64,000 nt of DNA from an uncultured archaeon (GCA_964342815.1 CAYFHS010000011.1:591-64590), one strand, 5' to 3'. Shown: positions 19,089 to 27,786, counted from the stretch's first letter. Notes: generated by a model from the letters alone, not told the origin. Program-made: numbers and translations.

Positions 19089-19290
19089 GGACCTGAGCCC
19101 CCCAGGCAAACGCCCGCAGGAAATATAATATTTCCGAGGGTGCAGATGCATTTCCAATGCATCGTAGCGAAGCGTGCACAGGAGAGAAACGGGCGCAGGT
19201 GCAGCAACAACTTGTTATTGCGTAGCACAGCGAGCACCGGAGTGATACAGGCGCAGGCTTCGGAAAAAAACAAGAGAGTGGAAGTATCTT
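19089..19290 (+). repeat. Modular multi-hairpin element, copy A (unclassified; candidate ncRNA / REP-BIME-like / MITE)
   Basis: Shares ordered motifs with 22219..22423 (rc) and 29510..29881: GGACCTG, CGCCCGCAGG, hairpin, CCGAGGGTG, hairpin, GCAGCAAC..TTGCGTAG. Shares the 13-mer GTGGAAGTATCTT with copy C. Perfect hairpins at 19119-19135 and 19145-19163. Confidence 0.7.
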
Positions 19291-19535
19291 GAATTAACCC
19301 ATATAATAATCACGGAGTGGTGTAAAACAAGGGGAAGTCTTTTTATGCATCTTAAGATATAATGCGCTCGAAGATAAAGGTAAGAAAACGAAAACCAAAA
19401 ACAATAATAGCTCCGAATGACAGCGAGTTCTAAAAGAATTTTTTTCAAAGTCCAAGTGGACAAGGAGCGGACAACGGAAGGTGGGAATAGGAGATTCTGA
19501 TTTTCCAGAATAACAAGGAGAAGAAAGGTGATAAT

Positions 19536-21914
19536 ATGAGTATAGAGAGATTTGAGATTGATTTTTCGGGAGAGAAACTGATAATAGAGCACGGTAGACT
19601 GGCGGCACAGGCAGGGGCTGCGGTAACGGCGCAGATGGGAGGAACCATGGTGCTGGCAACGGCAACCATGTCGAAAAAAGCTAGAGAAGGTATGGATTTT
19701 TTTCCATTGATGGTAGATTACGAGGAACGATATTTCGCGGCGGGAAGAATAAAAGGTCCGCGTTTTATGAAGCGTGAAGGAAGACCCTCCACAGAGGCAG
19801 TATTGAACGGCAGGATGATAGATCGGGGGCTGCGTCCCCTATTCCCCCAGGATCTTCGAAATGAGATCCAGGTCACATGTCTGATTTTGAGTCTCGATCA
19901 AGAGAATCGGCCCGATATAGTGGCAATGATTGCTGCGTGCACGGCTTTGCATATATCCAACATCCCTTTTGCCGGTCCCATAGCAGGTGTACGAATAGGA
20001 CTGATGACAGGGGATCTTATCGTCAACCCAATAGCAGACGATCTGGAATACTGCGACCTGCAATTGACGGTCATGGGTGATGGGGAGCGTATCATAATGG
20101 TGGACTGCGAGGCGAACGATATTGTCGATGAGGAGATAACGAAAGCCTTCAAAAAGGCTATGGAGGTCATGGGGCCCATGGCTAAGTTCATCGACGATAT
20201 TAGAAAGAAGGTAGGTGTTGAAAAGGCATCCTTGGATGATCTTATTATGAGGGGGAGTTTTTCCAAGGAGGATCTGAAGGTTTGGGGGCAGATGAAGAAA
20301 GCAGCAATCCCACATTTGGACAAGTACCTGTTCAACACTCCCAAAGGCTCCAAGGGAGAGCGAAAGGAGATACTTGGCGGCCTTAAGACCTTGCTGCTGG
20401 ACGAGTTCGTAAAGAAACGGACGGGAAAGAAGGCAGGTAAGAAAACCACTAAGAAGACCGCCTCTAAGGACGTCGAGGAAGAAGAACGAAAATATCTGAA
20501 AAAATTAATGGATCATTTCTTTTTCGAATTCATAGAGGAGCAGGTAACGGTAAATATTCTTGAAAAGGACAAACGTGTTGACGGAAGGAAACTTGATGAG
20601 CTTAGAACTCTGTCTGTGGAAAACGGTCTACTACCAAGAACTCATGGTTCCGGGCTTTTCTCGAGAGGCGAGACCCAGGTATTATCCGTTGTGACTCTTG
20701 GGGCCCCGGGAGACGATCTGTCAGTCGAGTCAATGGAAACAGATGCGTCGAAAAAGTTTTTCCATCATTATAATTTTTTAGGGTACTCGGTCGGCGAGGT
20801 AAAACCCATCAGGGGAGCTGGCAGACGCGAGATCGGTCACGGCGCTCTTGCCGAGAAGGCACTGGTGCCCGTCATACCCCATGAAGAGGATTTCCCCTAT
20901 ACCGTGCGGGTGGTCAGTGAGGTTATGGGTTCCAACGGTTCGTCTTCCATGGCTTCCACCTGCGGGTCGACCATTGCCCTGATGGATGCGGGAGTCCCGA
21001 TCAAGAAGCCTATTGCGGGAATCGCCATGGGTCTTGCTTCGGATGGAAAAAAATGGAAGGTCCTTACGGATATCCAGGATCTCGAAGACGGTCCCGGGGG
21101 TGCGGATTTCAAGTTCACAGGTTCTCGCGACGGTATCACGGCCATCCAGATGGACACAAAGACCGGCGGACTCACTCCGGACATAATTGAAGCCACAATG
21201 CCGCAGATGCGAAAGGCTATGAACGAGATTCTCGATTCCATAGAGAGTGTAATCTCCGAGCCCCGTGCCGAGTTATCCAAATTCGCTCCCAGGATCATCA
21301 ATTTCATGATCGATCCCGAAAAGATCGGAGAGGTTATCGGACCGGGAGGAAAGATAATCCGGGGGATAACTGCCGATCTCGGCGTACAGATAGATATAGT
21401 CGACAGCGGGATGGTGATGGTCACCTCCACGGATTCGGAGAGTGCCGATGAAGCTGTAAAGACAATACAGGATATCGTCCGAGTTGTTGAAATTGGCGAT
21501 ATATTTGAAGAGGCCGTGGTAGTAAAGATCATGAATTTCGGCGCTTTCGTAAACCTGAAACCGGGGACGGACGGACTGTGCCACATATCAGAGATCGAGT
21601 GGGGTCATGTTGGCCGGGTGGAGGAAGTGCTGAATGTAGGTGATAAGGTCAAGGTGAAGGTCATAAAGAAGGAACGGGGCAAGATCGACGTTTCGAGAAA
21701 GGCACTTCTGCCCAAGCCCGAAGGATATGTTGAACCGCCAAAAAGGGGCAGAGGCCCTCCAGGCGGAGGCCGGGGCGGTTATGGAGGTCGGGACAGACGG
21801 GGAGGAGGCCGAAGGGGCGGAGGTGGCGGTGGAAGGGGCGGAGGAGATCGTAGAGGCGGTGGTGGACGAGGCGGAGGCCGGGATTCCTACAGAGGCGGCG
21901 GGAACAGGAACTAG
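19536..21914 (+). CDS. pnp: Polynucleotide phosphorylase with Lys-rich insertion and C-terminal RGG-repeat tail
   Basis: FPLMVDYEERYFAAGRIKGPRFMKREGRPS, two RNase PH domains, KH (IGEVIGPGGKIIRGI) and S1 (NFGAFVNLKPGTDGLCHISEI). The last ~57 aa are GRGGYGGRDRRGGGRRGGGGGGRGGG... TAG stop. Confidence 0.95.
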   Translation: MSIERFEIDFSGEKLIIEHGRLAAQAGAAVTAQMGGTMVLATATMSKKAREGMDFFPLMVDYEERYFAAGRIKGPRFMKREGRPSTEAVLNGRMIDRGLRPLFPQDLRNEIQVTCLILSLDQENRPDIVAMIAACTALHISNIPFAGPIAGVRIGLMTGDLIVNPIADDLEYCDLQLTVMGDGERIIMVDCEANDIVDEEITKAFKKAMEVMGPMAKFIDDIRKKVGVEKASLDDLIMRGSFSKEDLKVWGQMKKAAIPHLDKYLFNTPKGSKGERKEILGGLKTLLLDEFVKKRTGKKAGKKTTKKTASKDVEEEERKYLKKLMDHFFFEFIEEQVTVNILEKDKRVDGRKLDELRTLSVENGLLPRTHGSGLFSRGETQVLSVVTLGAPGDDLSVESMETDASKKFFHHYNFLGYSVGEVKPIRGAGRREIGHGALAEKALVPVIPHEEDFPYTVRVVSEVMGSNGSSSMASTCGSTIALMDAGVPIKKPIAGIAMGLASDGKKWKVLTDIQDLEDGPGGADFKFTGSRDGITAIQMDTKTGGLTPDIIEATMPQMRKAMNEILDSIESVISEPRAELSKFAPRIINFMIDPEKIGEVIGPGGKIIRGITADLGVQIDIVDSGMVMVTSTDSESADEAVKTIQDIVRVVEIGDIFEEAVVVKIMNFGAFVNLKPGTDGLCHISEIEWGHVGRVEEVLNVGDKVKVKVIKKERGKIDVSRKALLPKPEGYVEPPKRGRGPPGGGRGGYGGRDRRGGGRRGGGGGGRGGGDRRGGGGRGGGRDSYRGGGNRN

Positions 21915-21951
21915 GAATAATACTACTGATATCGGGTCTGATCTTTGGATA

Positions 21952-21958
21952 TTTTTTT
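21952..21958 (+). terminator. Oligo-T tract (T7) 38 nt after the pnp stop
   Basis: ggataTTTTTTTc, preceded by a weak GATAT(C)...GATAT stem. Confidence 0.3.
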
Positions 21959-22218
21959 CAAAGCTAAGCCCGATATTCCTTTTTTCATATATTTCGTCTG
22001 CTACCTGATGCAGGCGGCCACGGACCTGGGTTTCGACCTGCCTTTGGTTTTCTCGTGGTTGGGCTTTATCGCCACGGCGGCCATGATAGTGGTCGTTATA
22101 GTTCTGGTGTCACTGCTGACAGTTCGGTTTATCGGGAAAATAGTCATTGCTGACGTGATACGGGAAAGGAGTTCGTAAGTGGCAGTGTATTGTTCGGGGT
22201 AACTTATATCCCTTATCC

Positions 22219-22423
22219 AAAGAGGACCTGCTCCCGTTACACTCTGGTGTAACTGCGTCACACCTGAGCCCTCGGCAATGCTGGATGAAACAAGTTTCAT
22301 CCGCACCCTCGGCATGTGTGCCTACGGGTTATGCCTACGGGCGACGAAAGAAACGCCCGCAGGGTTACGTCACGAGGGCGCAGCAATGCCGAAGGTATTG
22401 CGGAACAGAGTGGGCGCAGGTCC
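22219..22423 (-). repeat. Modular multi-hairpin element, copy B (opposite orientation)
   Basis: The reverse complement starts GGACCTGCGCCC and ends GCAGGTCCTCTTT, identical to the termini of copy C. Internal CGCCCGTAGG-hairpin-CCGAGGGTG-hairpin (GGATGAAA/TTTCATCC, 22283-22302). Confidence 0.7.
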
Positions 22424-22551
22424 GAATCAAAAATAAAAATAAAGAAATATCTTTAAGAAAGAATGCAAATATGGATTGAAACGAAAATAATCAACGATGC
22501 TGATAAGAAGGCTAAATGATCCGCTCAGAACTAAAAACATAAATTAGAGGT

Positions 22552-23043
22552 ATGAATATGGTGAAAAAGAAAAAGCATAAGGGATTTATGGCTTTGCTGG
22601 TATGCGGTCTTATTTTTATTATCCTCGGCATCACTTTCTCGGCGTTATCAATCGAAGGGGAGCAGGTAAGCAGGACTCCCAGAAAGGAAATAGGCGATCT
22701 CGAACCGGGCGAGACTGCAATGATTGAGGGAAGGATCGAAGCGGACAGTAAGAATGTGATATGGTGGGAGGAAAGGCAAAGGTCCTCCGGCGGGGAGTCT
22801 ACCGACCTCGATTACATTTCAGAATTCATAGTGAGCAACGGTACCTCATCGATCAACGTTGACATGTCCCAGATAAAATCGATAAGACCCGGAAGACACG
22901 ATATATTCTACAGGAACTGTAAGAATTGCTACCTGGATGGAGACACTATAGCGATAGTCGGGGTAGTCTCGGGAGACGGTGACCGGATATATGCGCACTA
23001 TGTGGCAAAGGACGCCGGCGATTTAATACTCAGAGTCGTGTAA
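22552..23043 (+). CDS. Hypothetical membrane-anchored protein (possibly GIDE-like)
   Basis: 163 aa with a basic N-terminus plus one TM, then a beta-rich domain. The GIDE resemblance is weak. Start could be 22558. Confidence 0.5.
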   Translation: MNMVKKKKHKGFMALLVCGLIFIILGITFSALSIEGEQVSRTPRKEIGDLEPGETAMIEGRIEADSKNVIWWEERQRSSGGESTDLDYISEFIVSNGTSSINVDMSQIKSIRPGRHDIFYRNCKNCYLDGDTIAIVGVVSGDGDRIYAHYVAKDAGDLILRVV

Positions 23044-23588
23044 TGCTGATTGTAGGTCTAATCTCTTTCTTCGTTGGACTCGTTTTCCTGTCCGCTTATC
23101 TCCTCGTAAATCGAAAGAAAGGATTTCAGATAGTTAACGATCTGAGTGGTTTCGGTTCGATAGCGTTTCCACTGGGTTTACTACTCATTCCCTTGGATAT
23201 CTTTTGGTTCAAATTACGCTTCTTCCTATTCGGAGGTATATTCCTTTCGGTTCCCGGCCTGATTTTTATTATAATGCACTACGTCAGAAAATCTATGAAA
23301 ACCAAGAAGAGCATAAAGGAGATCAATGAAATCGTAATTTTTAAAGGTAAGACGGGATCCTCTAGAGATATTTATTACTCGGTATGTAACAATTGCCAGG
23401 CAGTCCTGGAATATACTCTTGCGGAACGGGGATTCGAGGCCCAGTGCAAGAGATGTGATTTTACTGGTCGACTACCGAATGAATGCATGAGATGTCACGG
23501 TGCTCTCGAGTATACCCGAATCGAAAACGGATGGGAAGCCGGTTGCGGGAAATGCAGAATTGTGAATGTTTTTCCTTGGCTCTATTGA
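23043..23588 (+). CDS. Hypothetical membrane protein with duplicated C-terminal zinc-ribbon module
   Basis: Start overlaps the upstream stop (TAATG). 3 TM, then CNNC...CKRC and CMRC...CGKC, each followed by LEYT-type strands. Confidence 0.5.
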   Translation: MLIVGLISFFVGLVFLSAYLLVNRKKGFQIVNDLSGFGSIAFPLGLLLIPLDIFWFKLRFFLFGGIFLSVPGLIFIIMHYVRKSMKTKKSIKEINEIVIFKGKTGSSRDIYYSVCNNCQAVLEYTLAERGFEAQCKRCDFTGRLPNECMRCHGALEYTRIENGWEAGCGKCRIVNVFPWLY

Positions 23589-23802
23589 AAGAGACCGGGT
23601 ATGCCATGTAGGCGCATGCTGTCTAATCGATGGGGACAAGGAAAAGACCTCATCCCGGTGCTGGACATCATGGCCGCCTGGAGTGAAAAATGGGAACATG
23701 ATTGAATGTGGACGAATTTCGAACTATGATAAAACTATTCATAATCCTACTCACTCCATCCACCAGCATATCCATTGTAACAATGTCTGTATTCTATTTC
23801 GT

Positions 23803-23835
23803 AAAAAAAAAGGTCTCGGGTATCATCTCGAGACC
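23803..23835 (-). terminator. Hairpin + T9 terminator of the PFOR gene
   Basis: Minus strand reads GGTCTCG-N10-CGAGACC followed by TTTTTTTTT, starting 22 nt after the PFOR stop. Confidence 0.75.
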
Positions 23836-23857
23836 TGCTTACTCTGATAACAAAATT

Positions 23858-26800
23858 CTAATCAGCCATTCTCTTGTATTTCTGATATCGGAGCTTCTGG
23901 TCCTCTTCCAGGGCTTCGTGTAATTTTTTTGCCTCGTCTGGGAACGACAGTGTCAGGGTGTGGTATCGTATCTCGCCCATGAGGAAATCCCTTATGCTTT
24001 CCGACGGTTCCTTGGAATCGAGCTGGAACGGATTTTTTCCTTCCGCCCTCAGCCTGGGGTCGTACCTGTAGAGGAACCAGTATCCGGCGTCCACGGCCTT
24101 TTTCATCTCCTCCTGGGACTTGCCCATGCCGCCTGCCTTGATCCCATGGTTGATGCACGGTGCGTATGCGATGATGAGAGCGGGGCCGGGATAGGATTCG
24201 GCCTCTCTTACGGCTTTCAGGAACTGATTCTTGTTTGCCCCCATGGACACGGATGCAACGTAAACATAGCCGTATGTCATTGCCATCAATCCCAGGTCTT
24301 TCTTGGTGGTCTTCTTCCCCGAAGCCGCGAATTTCGCCACGGAACCGATGGGTGTCGCCTTGGATGACTGTCCTCCGGTGTTAGAGTAAACCTCGGTGTC
24401 CACCACCAGAACGTTAACGTCCTGTCCCATGGCAAGCACGTGGTCAAGACCGCCGTACCCGATATCGTAGGCCCACCCGTCGCCGCCGAGTATCCAGTGG
24501 GACGGCTTGGTGAACATGTCCTTCTCGTCGAAAATTGCTCCGAGCGTCTCGTCGTTGGACCTCTCCTTCAGGAACTCCTGTATCTTCAGGGATACCGGTT
24601 TGCAGTCGTCTCCAAGGTGCATCACGTCCAGCCAGTTCACCAGAAGATCCTTGAATTCGCCATCTACTTTGTTATCCACTATGGCCTTTCTGACGTAATT
24701 GGCCAACCTGTCCCTTCTCGCCGATGTGGCAAGATACATACCAAAGCCGTACTCCGCATTGTCCTCGAAAAGGGAATTTGCCCATGCGGGGCCGTGACCC
24801 CGTTCATTCTTGCAGTAAGCCGCGCTGGGGGCGTAAGCCGCCCAGATGGACGTGCAACCCGTTGCGTTTGCTATGATCATCCTGTCCCCGTAAAGCTGTG
24901 TTACGGCCTTAACATAAGGGGTCTCGCCGCAGCCCGAACACGCTCCGTTGAACTCCAACAGCGGTCTTCGGAACTGGGAGCCCTTGATGGAATATTTATT
25001 CGTGTTGCCATGGCGTACCGGAAGGTTCTCCATGTAATCCCAAAGCGGGGCCTGCAGTTTCCGCTGTGATTCCAACGTCTTCATCTCAAGAGCCTTTTCT
25101 CCTTTTCTGCCGGGACAAACGTCCGCGCAGTTTCCGCAGCCCTGGCAGTCCAAAACCGACACCTGTATTGTGAATTCGTAACCTTTCAAGTCCTTACCCA
25201 CAGCTGGTAGTCCCCTGTAACCTTCGGGGGCCTTTTCCGCCTCTTCTCCGGTGACCAGGAACGGTCTAATGGAAGCATGTGGGCACACGAAGGCGCACTG
25301 ATTGCACTGTATGCAGTTCTCGGCGATCCAGCGAGGTACGTTTACTGCAGTCCCCCGTTTCTCGTATTTGGAGGTTCCGGATGGAAAGAAGCCGCTTGGT
25401 TCGAAATCTGAAGTCTTCAGCGTATCGCCCTTCAGGCTGGACATGGTGTCAACGATCCTCCTTATGAACTCGGGCCTGCTCTCGTCGATAACGAACGGGT
25501 CGTCGGGGGCATCTTTCCAGGATTTGGGATATTCTATCTTTCGAACCCGCTCCAGAGCGATATCCACAGCCCTGTAGTTCTTGTTCACAACCTCGTCTCC
25601 CTTCCTCTTGTAGGTCTTTTCTATCGCCTTTTTAAGTAGAGCCACTGCCTCGTCCACGGGAAGTATGTTTGCAAGCTGGAAGAAGGTTGTCTGCATTACC
25701 ATGTTGATCATCTGGCCCAGCCCCACCTCCTTGGCGATTGCCTCGGCATCAATATTGTAGAACTCTAATTTATTTTCAGCGATCATCCTCTTGAGCTTTC
25801 CCGGGAATCTCGCCTCCATCTCATCAAGGCCCCAATGCGAGTTCAGCACGAATATGCCGCCCTCCCTGATGCCTTCCAGTATGTCGTATTTCTCCACGTA
25901 AGATGAATTATGCACCGCAATATAATCTGCAGTGTCCACCAGATATCTAGCCTTTATCGGTACGTCCCCGAACCTCAGGTGAGAACGGGTGACGCCACCT
26001 GATTTTTTTGCATCATACTCAAAATACCCCTGGGCGTATTTCTCCGTGTTGTCACCGATGATCTTGATGGCGTTCTTGTTAGCACCCACCGTACCGTCTC
26101 CTCCTATTCCCCAGAACTTGCACCTCACTATGGAGTCCGGCTCGGTATCTATCTTATCTGATAATGTGAGACTAGTGTGGGTGATGTCGTCGGTTATACC
26201 TATGGTGAAGTGGTTCTTTGGTTCGTCGAGCTTCAGGTTATCGAAGACCGTTTTTGCCATGGTTGCCGTGAACTGCTTTGAACTGAGACCGTATCTGCCG
26301 CCAACTATCTTCCTGTTATCTCCCTTTTGCTGGAAAACGGTGCAGACGTCTTCGAAGAGCGGCTCGGCGTAGGCGCCGGGTTCCTTTGTCCGGTCCAGCA
26401 CTGCTATCTTCCGTGCGGACTTGGGGACTGCGGCGTAGAAGTCGTCACCCGAGAACGGGCGGTACAACCTAACGTTGACGACTCCCACCTTTTCTCCTCG
26501 GGCGGCAAGGTGATCAACCACTTCTTCGGTGGTTGTCGAGCCTGCGCCCATGCATATTATGACCCTTTCCGCCTCCGGGTGTCCCATGTAATCGAATAGG
26601 TGGTACTGTCTTCCCGTAAGCGCCGCAACACGGTCCATTTCTTCCTGGACGATCTGCGGAACCCGCTCATAGAACTCGTTGCTTCTTTCCCTTACCTGGA
26701 AATAGGTGTCGGGTCCCATGGCTCCCATTCTCATGTGAGGGTGTTCGGGATTGAGAGCACGGGCTCGGAACTTCCTGATAGCTTCCAGGTCCGCAAGTCT

Positions 26801-27370
26801 CGCCATGTCCTCGTATGAGATCTCATCGATCTTCTGGATCTCGTGAGAACTCCTGAAGCCTTCGAAAAAGTGAAGGAATGGAATGGATGCTCTGAGTGTG
26901 GAAAGATGAGCCACAAGCCCAATATCCATTATCTCCTGAATGGAGGATGAGCAAATCTCGGCAAATCCGGATGGTCTCGCTGCCATTACGTCGGAGTGGT
27001 CTCCGAATATTGAAAGAACCTCCATTGCCAGCGATCGGGCGGCTATATGGAAAACGGCAGGCATAAGCTCTCCCGCTATCTTGTACATGTTGGGCAACAT
27101 AAGCATCAGGCCCTGGGAGGCCGTGAAAGTCGTGGTGAATGCTCCAGCCGCAAGTGAGCCGTGTATCGCTCCTGCGGCCCCTCCCTCTGACTGCATCTCA
27201 ACTACTTTTAGTACCTGTCCGAAAATGTTCTTCCTGCCATAAGCCGCCCACTCGTCCGCTATCTCACCCATAGGTGATGAGGGGGTTATGGGATATATTG
27301 CGGCCACATCCGAGAATGCATAAGCAACATGAGCTGCCGCCGTATTACCATCAATGCTTTTCTTTGACAT
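23858..27370 (-). CDS. por: Pyruvate:ferredoxin (flavodoxin) oxidoreductase, single-chain
   Basis: 1170 aa. MSKKSIDGNTAAAHVAYAFSDVAAIYPITPSSPM. Ferredoxin-like CIQCNQCAFVCPHA and CQGCGNCADVCP. TPP site GGDGWAYDIGYGGLDH. Confidence 0.95.
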   Translation of the reverse strand: MSKKSIDGNTAAAHVAYAFSDVAAIYPITPSSPMGEIADEWAAYGRKNIFGQVLKVVEMQSEGGAAGAIHGSLAAGAFTTTFTASQGLMLMLPNMYKIAGELMPAVFHIAARSLAMEVLSIFGDHSDVMAARPSGFAEICSSSIQEIMDIGLVAHLSTLRASIPFLHFFEGFRSSHEIQKIDEISYEDMARLADLEAIRKFRARALNPEHPHMRMGAMGPDTYFQVRERSNEFYERVPQIVQEEMDRVAALTGRQYHLFDYMGHPEAERVIICMGAGSTTTEEVVDHLAARGEKVGVVNVRLYRPFSGDDFYAAVPKSARKIAVLDRTKEPGAYAEPLFEDVCTVFQQKGDNRKIVGGRYGLSSKQFTATMAKTVFDNLKLDEPKNHFTIGITDDITHTSLTLSDKIDTEPDSIVRCKFWGIGGDGTVGANKNAIKIIGDNTEKYAQGYFEYDAKKSGGVTRSHLRFGDVPIKARYLVDTADYIAVHNSSYVEKYDILEGIREGGIFVLNSHWGLDEMEARFPGKLKRMIAENKLEFYNIDAEAIAKEVGLGQMINMVMQTTFFQLANILPVDEAVALLKKAIEKTYKRKGDEVVNKNYRAVDIALERVRKIEYPKSWKDAPDDPFVIDESRPEFIRRIVDTMSSLKGDTLKTSDFEPSGFFPSGTSKYEKRGTAVNVPRWIAENCIQCNQCAFVCPHASIRPFLVTGEEAEKAPEGYRGLPAVGKDLKGYEFTIQVSVLDCQGCGNCADVCPGRKGEKALEMKTLESQRKLQAPLWDYMENLPVRHGNTNKYSIKGSQFRRPLLEFNGACSGCGETPYVKAVTQLYGDRMIIANATGCTSIWAAYAPSAAYCKNERGHGPAWANSLFEDNAEYGFGMYLATSARRDRLANYVRKAIVDNKVDGEFKDLLVNWLDVMHLGDDCKPVSLKIQEFLKERSNDETLGAIFDEKDMFTKPSHWILGGDGWAYDIGYGGLDHVLAMGQDVNVLVVDTEVYSNTGGQSSKATPIGSVAKFAASGKKTTKKDLGLMAMTYGYVYVASVSMGANKNQFLKAVREAESYPGPALIIAYAPCINHGIKAGGMGKSQEEMKKAVDAGYWFLYRYDPRLRAEGKNPFQLDSKEPSESIRDFLMGEIRYHTLTLSFPDEAKKLHEALEEDQKLRYQKYKRMAD

Positions 27371-27694
27371 TGTAAAACCTCTTTATCATATATATGTGCT
27401 ATTTTATTGAAAATTAGTGACCACAAACAACCGTCTCGGCCAAATATGTGGTTATACTATAAAGATTGTGGGAAAAATCAGTCTTTAGAACAAAAAATCG
27501 GGTTTAATGGATGGCGTTTAGCGTGGAATTTACAAATCTAACATTACCTCACTGAATCTCTGCTTATTATATTGTTTTATCCACAATTGTAAGCGTAGTA
27601 ATTCTGCTACAGCTAGCGAAAATTTTTAGAGTGAGAAGACTGCAAATTCACCACAATTCGGGCCTCTTTTAAGTGCTATCGAAGTGAGCCGAGA

Positions 27695-27786
27695 ACCCGC
27701 GAGTTATGCGGACGCGGTAGCTCCGAGTATCGGGGGGGCGGAGTCCCCCGAGAAGCGCAGAGTCATGAAGTGCAGACCAAATTAGC
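27695..27786. repeat. Left arm of an imperfect inverted repeat bracketing 27.8-29.15 kb
   Basis: 27763-27786 TCATGAAGTGCAGACCAAATTAGC and 27695-27711 ACCCGCGAGTTATGCGG are reverse complements (with indels) of 29151-29197 and 29203-29220. Contains hairpin TCGGGGG-N8-CCCCCGA. Confidence 0.55.

Noticed and set aside
19110-19257. Mini CRISPR-like array (recurring CGCCCGCAGG / CGGGCGCAGG / CAGGCGCAGG)
   Set aside because: The repeats are only about 10 nt long, imperfect, partly inverted relative to each other and irregularly spaced (77 and 58 nt). There are no cas genes. They are better explained as stem halves of the hairpin element.
18970-19300. Possible glmS ribozyme in the glmS 5' region
   Set aside because: The structured segment upstream of glmS shows none of the conserved glmS-ribozyme core that I remember. 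The same element family also occurs at two loci unrelated to glmS. A TATA-like box 23 nt from the ATG implies almost no 5' leader.
20897-21586. Long antisense ORFs inside pnp, por, OPT, YyaL, korA and the 6406..6924 ORF overlapping the pirin start
   Set aside because: Each overlaps a gene with strong, recognisable family motifs on the other strand. None has motifs or a start context of its own.
21945-22178. 77-aa hydrophobic ORF after pnp
   Set aside because: It has no start context and no motif. It follows the pnp oligo-T tract and ends about 40 nt before repeat copy B. That is too weak to call a gene.
25385-25400. tRNA T-arm-like GGTTCGAA string
   Set aside because: It lies inside the PFOR coding sequence and has no cloverleaf context. 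I found no tRNA or rRNA genes anywhere in the window.
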